Part shown: positions 21,001 through 29,806 of the stretch, in pieces
How positions within the stretch are numbered: position 1 is the stretch's first letter
How the letters are laid out: every line of letters begins with the position of its first letter
Assembly (NCBI GenBank): GCA_013299115.1
Contig: JAAFKA010000014.1
Location: 64,001-128,000, forward strand
From: Cytophagales bacterium
GTDB taxonomy: Bacteria; Bacteroidota; Bacteroidia; Cytophagales; Thermoflexibacteraceae
Direction: 5' to 3'
DNA: 64,000 nt
The notes under the pieces: model-generated
The model's input: the letters and a program-made list of their open reading frames with translations, nothing else
Told to the model about the DNA's origin: nothing
Databases searched by the model: none
Translations under genes and position numbers: made by a program

Positions 21001-21942
21001 GGCTATAATTACCGCAGAATTGCCACAGGCTTGTATTCAGGCACGTGGGCATATTATGTGCAAGGCTTGCCCACAGGCACCAATGGCAGCACCAGTGATA
21101 TTGCCTTAGGGCAGGGTTTCTTTGTTCGCAAAAGTAATGTTGGCATTGCCAATTTGCAATTTAACAACACGATGCGGACTATTGCCAATCCGCAATTTTT
21201 TAGAACAGAAGACGCACAAAATACTGTTAATCAAGACATTAAAGGTTTATTGAAACTCAAAATATCGGCACAGGCAGGCAAAAAACAGGCAGATGAAACC
21301 CTTGTTTATTTCCACACGCAAGCAACCGAACACACCGATAAGGCATACGACGCACCCAAAGTGCAGTGGAATACAGGTGGTTCGCCAAATCTTTATACCC
21401 GAACCAAACAGCAAAATTTTGCTATCAATGCCTTGCCAAATCTGGAAAAAGAAACCACTATTCCGCTATGTTTTATTGTGGGCGAAAAGGGAACTTACAC
21501 CATAGAAACGATGGAAATGGGCAATTTTATTGGCTCGCCAAGCCTTGTGCTGGAAGACAAACAAACAGCTACTTTCCACCAAATTGCTACTAAACCTTAC
21601 ACCTTTGAAACTACTATAACAAATGATACCAGTCGTTTCGTCTTGCGTTTGGTGCCAGACTTTGCAGCCTTGCAGCAGCAGAAAAGGCAGACAAACGAAT
21701 TGGCTCTTTACCCAAATCCTACACAAGAGGTGCTGACTCTTGCCTTAGAAAATTCGGTAAACAGCGAGGTAACAGTCCGCATCACCGACCTCACAGGCAG
21801 GGAAGTGTTCAGCCAAAATGCAGCCAAAACAACGGACAAAGTGAGCCTAAAACTGAATGTAGCCAACCTTCCGCAGGGGTTGTATATTGTAGAAGTGGCA
21901 GGGGCGGAGTATGTGATGAGCAAAAGGTTTGTGAAGGAGTAA
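18070..21942 (+). CDS. Giant secreted protein with about 20 DUF285-type ~26-aa repeats and a T9SS C-terminal sorting domain
   Basis: 1290 aa with a signal peptide. The unit FNQPLNNWNVSNVTDMSGMF is repeated many times. The C-terminus (LYPNPTQEVLTLAL...GLYIVEV) matches the Por/T9SS CTD. Confidence 0.8.
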   Translation: MKKHCSKITKILLLLAMLAMTHTKGYAQAFITRWITTTGTITIPTTGGGYNYNLSWTNLTNAGVGDGSITARTGSHTIMSLENGSTYQIAITGAFPKIFFNFGSERSKIRTIEQWGSIAWTSMQNAFNGCDNLTYNAVDNPDLSAVTDMSGMFSNTSIFNGNINSWNVSNVTNMAGMFGGAYVFNQPLNNWNTGNVTDMSGMFINCTAFNGNISTWDVSKVTNMTSMFEKARSFNQDISAWNVGNVTTMLSMFWQADVFNQPLNSWNVSKVTTMKLMFFLAPAFNQPLNNWSTSAVTNTSGMFSGASAFNQPLNNWNVTNVTDMNGMFSGANAFNQPLNNWNVGNVTDMSFMFSNARNFNSDITTWNTSKVTSLLSTFFGAIEFNQNINNWDTSNVTTMASTFWKAEKFNQPLNNWNTSKVTTMHGMFAFATIFNQPLNNWNVANVTTLREMFVSAEAFNQNLNNWNTVSVTNMGSTFWNAKSFNGDVTTWNTSNVTTMGFMFSGATPFNQDLVNWDTGKVTDMTNLFAGTAFNYNINNWNVSNVTSIAAIFNGAKFFNQPLNNWNTSNVTAMRWAFWGATAFNQPLNNWNVSKVANMEAVFYDALAFNQSLASWDMGNVTNAGFMLLNSGLSVANYDATLISWAAQTLQPNTGLGSQGLKYCAVAARNTLLAAPKNWTIAGDALSPTCVPVCNNIYVNASTGNDANDGLSNATAKQTLQAAFSTVADGCTVVLNAGTYNENATLTGKSIALLGVGNPTVRRINMNGAGKTMTLTGAVQISELLNLQDGNVVSNGNLTLLSSAAGQAYIVNNLTAVVIGDVKVQRFVPSYAARTTTQGYNYFSSPVSGKTIAEFNDNVPLVLNPNYDFVNTYAGAFPNFYRYNENRVVSSPAASNVFEKGWESPASTAENMEVGRGYILNLNSGLTLDFIGNLNNGNITTNITRGNASNSGWNLVGNPYPSALDFNAVYTLNSPQIDGYNYRRIATGLYSGTWAYYVQGLPTGTNGSTSDIALGQGFFVRKSNVGIANLQFNNTMRTIANPQFFRTEDAQNTVNQDIKGLLKLKISAQAGKKQADETLVYFHTQATEHTDKAYDAPKVQWNTGGSPNLYTRTKQQNFAINALPNLEKETTIPLCFIVGEKGTYTIETMEMGNFIGSPSLVLEDKQTATFHQIATKPYTFETTITNDTSRFVLRLVPDFAALQQQKRQTNELALYPNPTQEVLTLALENSVNSEVTVRITDLTGREVFSQNAAKTTDKVSLKLNVANLPQGLYIVEVAGAEYVMSKRFVKE

Positions 21943-22107
21943 CTGTAGCTGCGGGCTTTAGCCCGCAGGATATTGTAGCATGGGCTTTAGCCTGTGCCAA
22001 AAAAATTGCAATGCTACCAATATAAAGTCCCTATCGGGACAAAAAAATATGGTGTGCTTTATTGCTACCAATATAAAGTCCCTATCGGGACAAAAAATGT
22101 AAAGTTC

Positions 22108-22450
22108 TTGTGCCGTTAGGCACTACATATTGGTAGAAAATAAGGAACACACCAAAATTATGTGCCGTTAGGCACTACATATTGGTAGAAAATAAGGAAT
22201 ACACCAAAATTATGTGCCGTTAGGCACTTCATATTGGTAGAAAATAAGGAATACACCAAAATTATGTGCCGTTAGGCACTTCATATTGGTAGAAAATAAG
22301 GAATACACCAAAATTATGTGCCGTTAGGCACTTCATATTGGTAGAAAATAAGGAACACACCAAGATAATGTGCCGTTAGGCACTGCATATTGGTAGAAAA
22401 TAAGGAATACACCAAAATTATGTGCCGTTAGGCACTACATATTGGTAGTA
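22108..22450. repeat. Tandem array of about 7 copies of a 52-bp unit (gtgccgttaggcactacatattggtagaaaataaggaaYacaccaaaattat)
   Basis: The period of 52 was measured from successive tgccgttagg occurrences at 22111, 22163, 22215, 22267, 22319, 22371 and 22423. Each unit contains the hairpin gtgcc-gtta-ggcac. Confidence 0.85.
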
Positions 22451-22571
22451 TTTTCGGTTTTAAGAAACCGAAATCACATAAAAAATTGCGGGCTAAAGTC
22501 CCGCAGCTACAGTAATTGAAAGCATTAAAAAACTGCGGGCTAAAGTCCCGCACTACAGAAAAGATAAAACT

Positions 22572-22760
22572 ATGAAAAAATATTTGGTAATCATCGCCTT
22601 GCTCCTCCTTGTGTGGGAGGTGCAGGCACAAGGGTTAGACCCTGTTCCGCCACCCGAACCTGTAAATGGTGTGCCTGTTGATGGCGGAATTAGTGGGCTA
22701 ATAGCAGCAGGACTGGCTTATGGTGCAAAAAAACTGCACGATAGACGGAAAAGAATGTAA
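22572..22760 (+). CDS. Small ORF: signal peptide plus Pro-rich segment plus TM helix plus basic tail (sorting-signal-like mini-protein)
   Basis: 62 aa, MKKYLVIIALLLLVWEVQA / PVPPPEPVNGVPVDGG / ISGLIAAGLAYGA / KKLHDRRKRM. It sits in a repeat-rich intergenic region and is flanked by a D hairpin upstream and a family A palindrome downstream. Confidence 0.3.
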   Translation: MKKYLVIIALLLLVWEVQAQGLDPVPPPEPVNGVPVDGGISGLIAAGLAYGAKKLHDRRKRM

Positions 22761-22767
22761 GTTTTTT

Positions 22768-22860
22768 TACGTTGGCAATGGTGCATTTTCGCACCTTGAC
22801 AATCGTAAAAAAAAATTTTCTACGATTGTCAAGGTGCGAAAATGCACCATTGCCAACGTA
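22768..22860. repeat. Family A element: perfect 40-bp inverted repeat with an A/T loop
   Basis: tacgttggcaatggtgcattttcgcaccttgacaatcgta ... tacgattgtcaaggtgcgaaaatgcaccattgccaacgta. Confidence 0.85.
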
Positions 22861-23181
22861 GAAAACGGAGCTACCAATATAAAGTCCCTATCGGGACAAA
22901 GTTAAAGTTGTAACATTTGTGCCTTTAGGCACTACATATTGGTAGAAAACGGAAACGTATCACGTGATTTTGTGCCGTAGGTCAATTCCATTGCGGACTA
23001 TCTATTGGTAGCACTTTCGGTTTTGAGAAACCGAAAGCACAAAAAAACTAAGTACAGAAGTAAACAAAAACCGTAGGCTAAAGCCTACGATACATTCTAA
23101 CGAAAAAATAAGTGCAAGAGTAAAAAACTGCGGACTGAAGTCCGCAGCTACAGTATTTTCACATTTAAACTATATACTAAA

Positions 23182-24798
23182 ATGAAAGCATTAAAATTGA
23201 TTTATCTTGTGCTATTTGTAGCACTTTTTGCGGGAGGGTGTTCTTCAACAACAAAAGAGCCAACTCCTACACCAGCAACAGGCAGTGTAGCAGTTGCTGA
23301 CTTTTCGTTCAATCCTACAACAGGCACTGCACCTTTGCAAGTGAGCTTTACAAATGCTTCAAAGCAAGCAGAAAGTTACAAATGGACTTTTGAAGGAGGC
23401 AGTCCTGCAAGTTCGATAGACAAAGACCCTGTTGTAACTTATGCGAAAGATGGGACTTATAAAGTTACATTGATAGCAATAGACAAAGATAAGAAGGAAA
23501 GTCAGCCTGCTGAGAAATCAATAACAGTGAGTGCTGCACCTATTACACCTGCCCCTGTAGCCAATTTCACGTTTACGCCAACCACAGGCACTGCCCCTTT
23601 GTTGGTAACATTTGCCAATACCTCGACCAATGCTACTTCGTTTGCGTGGGATTTTGGCAACGGACAAACCTCAACCGCAGCCAGCCCTACTACTACATAC
23701 GCCACCGCAGGTACGTATAACATCAGGCTGACTGCCACAGGTGCAAACGGACAAACCAACGTGAGGACTGCAAACATTACGGTTACTGCACCAGTGGTGC
23801 AAGCCTACACCATTAACGACAAGTGGATTACAGCTTTTAATGACGAACCAAAATCTTATCGCAATCACCACTATACTTTTGACTTAAACGAAGAAACCAA
23901 AGTAGATTTTAGTATTACCTCTTCGGTAGCTTGTGGTTTTATTGTCTATAATAGTTTGGATATTATAGAAATTAATGAAGTAAACTTTATTAATTCTCGC
24001 ACAAGGACAGGTTCGAAAGTACTGAAAGCAGGTAAATATAGAGTAGTTGCCATAGGCATTGAAGGTGCAGATGCCAATTATGTTTTGACAGTAACAGGTA
24101 AATTGGCTGCAAGACCTGCAAAAATAGAAACACAATACCAGAGAATGGTGGGTAGTTGGACTTGGTCAAACAATGACCGCCAACAAGCTATGTCTGCCCG
24201 CAATCGTCATTATGATATTGAGGTAACACAAGATACGCAAATTGATTTGATACTTACTTCTTCTCTAAATGTAAGGCTTTATATGATTAATGCTTTGGAG
24301 TTTAGAGTAATAGACGCAGATAATACCTTTAGTAAAACCATAAGGAAGTCTGTAACTGTTCGGAAAGGTAAATACAGAATAATTGCGAGTACCTACTCAG
24401 ACGGACAAGAAGCTAATTTTACCCTTGATATTTTTGGGCATTTTGCTAATGTAACAGAAATAAAATCTCTTGAGCCATTTTTCAATGGTTCGTGGACAGC
24501 TTCGGCAAATTCTCTGACTTCGCCCAATAATCCTCGCTATAATTTGGAAGTTACGCAAGAAAGTATGGTAGATATTTGGGTAAGTTCGCCAACTATAGAC
24601 ATTCGCTATGCCTTGCTTAACGAAAGAGGTGATGTGATAGTAGATTCAGGCACACGCAGCAGCAAAACTTGGACTGATAACGGTGTACTTCCCAAAGGTG
24701 TTTATACTATTGTCGTTGCCACCCGATTAGACAACCAACGAGGTAATTTTACTTTGGAGGTTTACGGTCATTTTATCAGCAATTTTAGGTTGAAGTAA
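23182..24798 (+). CDS. Lipoprotein with two PKD domains and three C-terminal ~100-aa repeats
   Basis: 538 aa with a lipobox (FAGGCSS). FSFNPTTGTAPLQVSFTNAS and FTFTPTTGTAPLLVTFANTS are PKD motifs. The C-terminal triplicated units end in NFTL(D/E)xxGHF. Confidence 0.7.
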   Translation: MKALKLIYLVLFVALFAGGCSSTTKEPTPTPATGSVAVADFSFNPTTGTAPLQVSFTNASKQAESYKWTFEGGSPASSIDKDPVVTYAKDGTYKVTLIAIDKDKKESQPAEKSITVSAAPITPAPVANFTFTPTTGTAPLLVTFANTSTNATSFAWDFGNGQTSTAASPTTTYATAGTYNIRLTATGANGQTNVRTANITVTAPVVQAYTINDKWITAFNDEPKSYRNHHYTFDLNEETKVDFSITSSVACGFIVYNSLDIIEINEVNFINSRTRTGSKVLKAGKYRVVAIGIEGADANYVLTVTGKLAARPAKIETQYQRMVGSWTWSNNDRQQAMSARNRHYDIEVTQDTQIDLILTSSLNVRLYMINALEFRVIDADNTFSKTIRKSVTVRKGKYRIIASTYSDGQEANFTLDIFGHFANVTEIKSLEPFFNGSWTASANSLTSPNNPRYNLEVTQESMVDIWVSSPTIDIRYALLNERGDVIVDSGTRSSKTWTDNGVLPKGVYTIVVATRLDNQRGNFTLEVYGHFISNFRLK

Positions 24799-25228
24799 AA
24801 AAACAAAATTTCGGCAGTTTTTTGAACTATTGGCAGGGCTGAAAAAGCCATTGCCAAAGTTCAAAAAAGCCAATGCCGAGGTTGCAGTTTTGTAACCATC
24901 AGCAGTGGTAAAACTAACGTAGGGACGAAATAGTGCAAGCTATTTTGTTCCTACGTTAGTTTTACACCAGCCTACTTAGAGAGGTTTTGCTATAAATATT
25001 TCGTGCCTAAAGGCACTAAAAGATATGATTTATAGCTATAGTAAGTCTAATACTTATTTTGTAAAGCTATTTTTTTGCGTAAATCCTGACTCTATTATTG
25101 TTTAATCTTTAAACAAAAACAGAAAAAACACTTCAAAAATTGTTTAATAAAAAAATATTTTATAACTTGCCAAGTTGCTATTGCAAACAAGCTACCACAA
25201 ATATTTAACCCAACATTCGGCATTTTTT

Positions 25229-26602
25229 ATGGATATTACCCAAAAATTTTGGTCTTTTTGCCACAAATTAAGGCATGATGGCATTGATTCGTCTGATTAC
25301 ATAGAACAACTTACTTATTTGTTGTTTCTGAAAATGGCAGACGAAAAGCAGTTGCCTGTGCCTGCGGACTATAATTGGCAGCAACTTATCAAAAAAACGA
25401 ATGGGGAACTTATCACACAATTAGATGCAACCTTGCAGGTCTTGAAAAACGAAAAAGGGATTTTAGGGCAGATTTTTGCCGAGCCAGTTTCTCGTATCAA
25501 AAATGCGGTGTTGCTCAAAGATTTGTTGAAAGAAATAGATGCTATTCAGTGGACGAAATTAGATAGTGATGTGGTGGGGCTGGCGTTTGAGGAGTTGATA
25601 GGCAGAGTAGCCAATGAAGGCAAAAAAGGGGCAGGACAATATTTTACGCCTCGCCCACTGATTAAGGCTATGATAAATGTGATGCACCCCAACCCATTTG
25701 CAGCAAAGGACTACAAAATCGGTGACGCTGCATGTGGCACGGCGGGTTTTCTCACTCTTGCCTGTGAATGGATACACCAACACTACCCCAAAGAATCTGC
25801 CGAACAAGCCGAAAAATTAGCTTATCATACATTCTGGGGACAAGAAATAGTACAAAGACCAAGACGTTTGGCACTGATGAATATGTTTTTGCATGGCGTA
25901 GATGCCAGCGAAACCATTAAGTTTGGCGATACGATAGAAAACGACCAGCTACCAAATGACTTTGATTTGATTTTGGCTAATCCGCCTTTTGGCAACAAAG
26001 GAGCTGCCCCGCTGCACCGCAAGTTTCCTGTCAAAACAAGTGATAAACAGCTTAATTTTGTGCAGTTGATAATAGAAAAACTGAAAAAAGGGGGCAAGGC
26101 TGCGGTGGTGTTGCCCGATAGTTGTTTGACAGATGACAAAGCAAAAGAAATGTGGAAATATTATTTGGAACAAGAGGAGATTATCAACTTGCATACAATT
26201 TTGAAATTACCAAGAGGCACATTTGCTGCCTATGCAAATGGTATTAAGGCTTGTGTTTTATTTTTTGAAAAGGGAAGTAAGACCGAAAATGTATGGGTGT
26301 ATGATTATAGGACTAATGTTCCTAACATGACAAAAAAGACAAGACAACTTTCAATAGAAATGTTTGAGGAGTTTGAAAAATGTTTTGTAGAAAGAAAAGA
26401 AATAGAAAGATTTAAATTATTTTCATTTAGGCAAATTCAGGAAAATTACTTTGCTTTGGATTTTAGATGGTTACAAGATGATGTTTTGTTAGATTCAGAT
26501 GAATTGCAACCACCAAAAGACCTTATCAACTATGCTCTTGATAATTTGCAAGAAGCAATGACTAATTTGAGTGAAATTTTAGAATTATTGGACAAAAAAT
26601 GA
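25229..26602 (+). CDS. hsdM: Type I restriction-modification system methyltransferase subunit
   Basis: The conserved HsdM N-terminus starts at the internal Met (MDITQKFWSFCHKLRHDGIDSSDYIEQLTYLLFLK). The NPPFG N6-adenine MTase motif is present. The ORF track begins 54 nt earlier at 25175. Confidence 0.9.
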   Translation: MDITQKFWSFCHKLRHDGIDSSDYIEQLTYLLFLKMADEKQLPVPADYNWQQLIKKTNGELITQLDATLQVLKNEKGILGQIFAEPVSRIKNAVLLKDLLKEIDAIQWTKLDSDVVGLAFEELIGRVANEGKKGAGQYFTPRPLIKAMINVMHPNPFAAKDYKIGDAACGTAGFLTLACEWIHQHYPKESAEQAEKLAYHTFWGQEIVQRPRRLALMNMFLHGVDASETIKFGDTIENDQLPNDFDLILANPPFGNKGAAPLHRKFPVKTSDKQLNFVQLIIEKLKKGGKAAVVLPDSCLTDDKAKEMWKYYLEQEEIINLHTILKLPRGTFAAYANGIKACVLFFEKGSKTENVWVYDYRTNVPNMTKKTRQLSIEMFEEFEKCFVERKEIERFKLFSFRQIQENYFALDFRWLQDDVLLDSDELQPPKDLINYALDNLQEAMTNLSEILELLDKK

Positions 26603-28176
26603 AGATACCAAAACATTGGCAATATATTTCTTTTACAGAAATCCTTGATATAATAGGAGGTTCTCAACCTGCTAAAGAGGAATTTATTGCCAATTTTCAG
26701 GAAGGATATATAAGGCTTTTGCAAATTCGTGATTTTGGAGATAAGCCTGTTCCTACTTTTGTAAGATTGACGAATAAACTCAGGTTTTGCGATAAAGACG
26801 ATATTCTTATTGCTCGTTATGGTGTTTCTATTGGACGAATTTTAACAGGTATGTCAGGAACTTACAATGTCGCAATAGTAAAAGTTATTATTCCAAAACC
26901 TTTGAATAAAAAATTTATATTTTATTTTCTTAAATCAAATGATTTTCAACAATATATAACTGCAAATGAAAGGGCTGCAATCAATGGTTTTAATAAAGAA
27001 GACTTAAATAATTTTCAAATTCCTATTGCACCATTAATAGAACAAACAGAAATCGTATCTATTTTAGATGAAATCTTTGAGAAATTTGAAACAGCAAAAA
27101 AATCTTTGGCAAAAATTCCTCGCCTATTGGCTCGTTACCGCCAATCTGTTTTAGAAAAAGCTATTTCTGGCGAATTAACTGAGGATTGGAGAGAGGAGAA
27201 TAATGTGGAGTTTGAGTGGGAGAATAAAAAATTAGGAGCTATAACTTCATTAATTACAAGTGGTTCAAGAGATTGGGCAAAATTTTATTCAAATAAAGGT
27301 GCTTTATTTATTCGCATTGGGAATTTGCAAAAGAACTCTATAAAAATAGATTTATCTCCTAATAATTTAAAATTTGTAAATCCTGATAGTGAGGAAGGAA
27401 AAAGAACATTATTAAAGCAAAATGATATTTTAATATCAATAACAGGTGATTTGGGGATTATTGGATTAGTTCAGCAGGATATTGGGGAAGCATATATCAA
27501 TCAACATATAGCATTGGTAAGAGTTAAGCCTAATGATTTCAATACTACTTATATAGCCTATTATCTTTTGACTGATTATGTTAAAATCCAAATCAACAGT
27601 TTAAAATCTGGTAATGTAAAGGCAGGTTTAACACTTAAAGATGTTTTTAATATATCAATAAATCTTCCTTCTCTACCAGAACAAACCGAAATCGTCAATC
27701 GGGTAGAAAAATTATTGAAAAAAGCAGATGAAGCCGAAGCAAAATATAACCAAGCAATGCAGATGATTGATAAATTGCAGGCATCGGTTTTGGCAAAGGC
27801 TTTTAGTGGCGAACTTTCTGAACCGCAACCAAATGACGAGTCTGTTGCTGTACTTTTAGAAAAAATAAAAACCGAAAAGGCACGTTTGGAACAGGAAAGG
27901 AAGGAATTGCAAAAGGCACAAACTACTATCAAGAAAACTATGGCACAACAGGAAAAAGTAGTAAAATCTGTTTTAGATTTTCTACGTGAATCTCCAACTA
28001 AAAGTATGACAGTAGAGGAAGCTTGGCAAGTTTCCGAATACAGAAAAAACAAAGAGGTTGAACTGTTTTTAGATGTGTTGGTTCTTTTAGAAAAAGAAGG
28101 CAAAATTAAAAGAGAGTTTGCTGATGAGGCAACAAAAATTGTTACCAAAATAACCCTAATTGAAAATGCAAATTAA
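26599..28176 (+). CDS. hsdS: Type I RM specificity subunit (two target-recognition domains plus coiled-coil spacers)
   Basis: 525 aa. ATGA start/stop overlap with hsdM. Duplicated TRD architecture with conserved central and C-terminal helical repeats (LPEQTEIV x2). Confidence 0.85.
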   Translation: MKIPKHWQYISFTEILDIIGGSQPAKEEFIANFQEGYIRLLQIRDFGDKPVPTFVRLTNKLRFCDKDDILIARYGVSIGRILTGMSGTYNVAIVKVIIPKPLNKKFIFYFLKSNDFQQYITANERAAINGFNKEDLNNFQIPIAPLIEQTEIVSILDEIFEKFETAKKSLAKIPRLLARYRQSVLEKAISGELTEDWREENNVEFEWENKKLGAITSLITSGSRDWAKFYSNKGALFIRIGNLQKNSIKIDLSPNNLKFVNPDSEEGKRTLLKQNDILISITGDLGIIGLVQQDIGEAYINQHIALVRVKPNDFNTTYIAYYLLTDYVKIQINSLKSGNVKAGLTLKDVFNISINLPSLPEQTEIVNRVEKLLKKADEAEAKYNQAMQMIDKLQASVLAKAFSGELSEPQPNDESVAVLLEKIKTEKARLEQERKELQKAQTTIKKTMAQQEKVVKSVLDFLRESPTKSMTVEEAWQVSEYRKNKEVELFLDVLVLLEKEGKIKREFADEATKIVTKITLIENAN

Positions 28177-29806
28177 ATCGGTATCTATCAAAGAATTTCG
28201 CAATCTGAAAGATTTTAAGATTGATTTTTCTCAATCTAAAACAGTTTTGATTGGACAAAATGCGTCAGGAAAATCTAATTTCTTGGAGGCTATTGTATTG
28301 ATTTTCAAGCAGCTTGATTTTTTTGATAACGAAATTAAAAAAGAACATTGGTTTGAATATGAAATTATTTATAAAATCCGAGAACATACAATTAAAATTT
28401 CAAGAAAATTAGAAAATGGAAAAGAAAAAAATGAATATAAATTTTGCAAAAGTAAAGATTTATTAGGAAACGATGTTTGGAAAGACATCCCAAAGTTCAA
28501 TGAAAAAAAAGATGAATATTTACCTAAATATGTTTTTGCCTATTATTCAGGCTTAGGTAATGGCAACCGTTTGGAGGAATATTTTGAAGAATATCAACGA
28601 AAATTTGCCGAAGATGCTATGAAAATAAAAGATGGTCGTGTGCCAAAACCACCAAGACTATTTTATGCTGAGTTAATACATAGCCAACTTTCTTTATTTT
28701 CATTTTTCATTGATAATCAGCCACTTATATTAAAATTGTTGAAAGACAACTTAAGCATTGAAGATTTGCAAACTGTGTTTTTAACCATTCAAGAACCAAA
28801 CTGGTCAACTCTAGAAAAAAAGAAAAAAGACCCTAAATTTTTTGGTAGTCAAGGGGTTGTAAAAGATTTGCTTGAATACCTGCATGATAATGTAGCTTTT
28901 GCACCTTTTAGAGATAAAATAGAAAATAAAAGCAGGCTTTGGGAGAAAAAAGGAAAGAAAACCTTAGATGTTGTCTATTTATATTTTAATGATTTCGAAA
29001 AAATTAGAAAGTTTATTCGTGATAAAACATGGACTTCTTTTGATTTTTTCCACATCTTAAATACTGCAAATGTTTCTAAACTCATTACCAAAGAAGGTAT
29101 TAAAATTCGTGTCAAGAAAAAGTATGCAGACCGTATTCTGTTTAAAGACCTTAGCGAAGGAGAGCAGCAATTATTGACTGTTTTGGGTTTAATGCGTTTT
29201 ACTTATACAGAGGAGGCTTTATTTCTACTTGACGAACCCGACACACATCTCAATGCTCTTTGGCAGTGGCAATACATGAAGTTTATTGAAATTGTATTGC
29301 AAGATAAAGACAAGGACAAAGATAAATCAAATGTGCAAGTTATTTTGGCTTCACACTCTCCGCTGACTATGGGTAGTTTGGAGAAAGAAAATGTAAGAAG
29401 GTTTATGCAGTTAAATGATAAACTTATAGCTGTTGAGCCAGATGTAAGCCCAAGAGGAATGGGTATCATAGGTATTCTGACCGAAATATTTGGTATTCCT
29501 ACTACTTTGGATATACCAACTCAACAAGATTTAGATGCCCGTAGAGAGTTGGAAAGTAGAGTATATTTTGGCGAAACACTTAATCAAGAGGATGAACAAA
29601 GCTTGCTAAAATTAAATTTAAAACTTGATAATTTAGGCTATCGTCTGATTTATCCTGACCCCTTGTATCAAAAATTTGAAATGACTTTTGCCAAAAGGAA
29701 AAAAGAAAAAGGCTTAGGGCTACCAAGCACACCAGAGGAAGTAGCAGAACTTAATAAACTCGCAGAAGATTTACTAAAAGAATTGTTTGATAACGAAAAT
29801 ATTTAA
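28160..29806 (+). CDS. AAA_15/AAA_21 (ABC/SMC-like) ATPase, Septu PtuA-like
   Basis: 548 aa. N-terminal Walker A LIGQNASGKSNFLEAI. C-terminal Walker B/D-loop FLLDEPDTHLN and ASHSPL. Overlaps the hsdS stop by 17 nt. Confidence 0.6.
   Translation: MKMQIKSVSIKEFRNLKDFKIDFSQSKTVLIGQNASGKSNFLEAIVLIFKQLDFFDNEIKKEHWFEYEIIYKIREHTIKISRKLENGKEKNEYKFCKSKDLLGNDVWKDIPKFNEKKDEYLPKYVFAYYSGLGNGNRLEEYFEEYQRKFAEDAMKIKDGRVPKPPRLFYAELIHSQLSLFSFFIDNQPLILKLLKDNLSIEDLQTVFLTIQEPNWSTLEKKKKDPKFFGSQGVVKDLLEYLHDNVAFAPFRDKIENKSRLWEKKGKKTLDVVYLYFNDFEKIRKFIRDKTWTSFDFFHILNTANVSKLITKEGIKIRVKKKYADRILFKDLSEGEQQLLTVLGLMRFTYTEEALFLLDEPDTHLNALWQWQYMKFIEIVLQDKDKDKDKSNVQVILASHSPLTMGSLEKENVRRFMQLNDKLIAVEPDVSPRGMGIIGILTEIFGIPTTLDIPTQQDLDARRELESRVYFGETLNQEDEQSLLKLNLKLDNLGYRLIYPDPLYQKFEMTFAKRKKEKGLGLPSTPEEVAELNKLAEDLLKELFDNENI

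Noticed and set aside
22108-22450. Possible CRISPR array
   Set aside because: The entire 52-bp unit, including the would-be spacer portion, is repeated nearly identically, so there are no unique spacers. No cas genes are nearby. It is a plain tandem repeat.
25175-25228. N-terminal 18-aa extension of hsdM
   Set aside because: The conserved HsdM N-terminus begins at the internal Met (MDITQKFWSF...). The upstream extension has no counterpart in the family.
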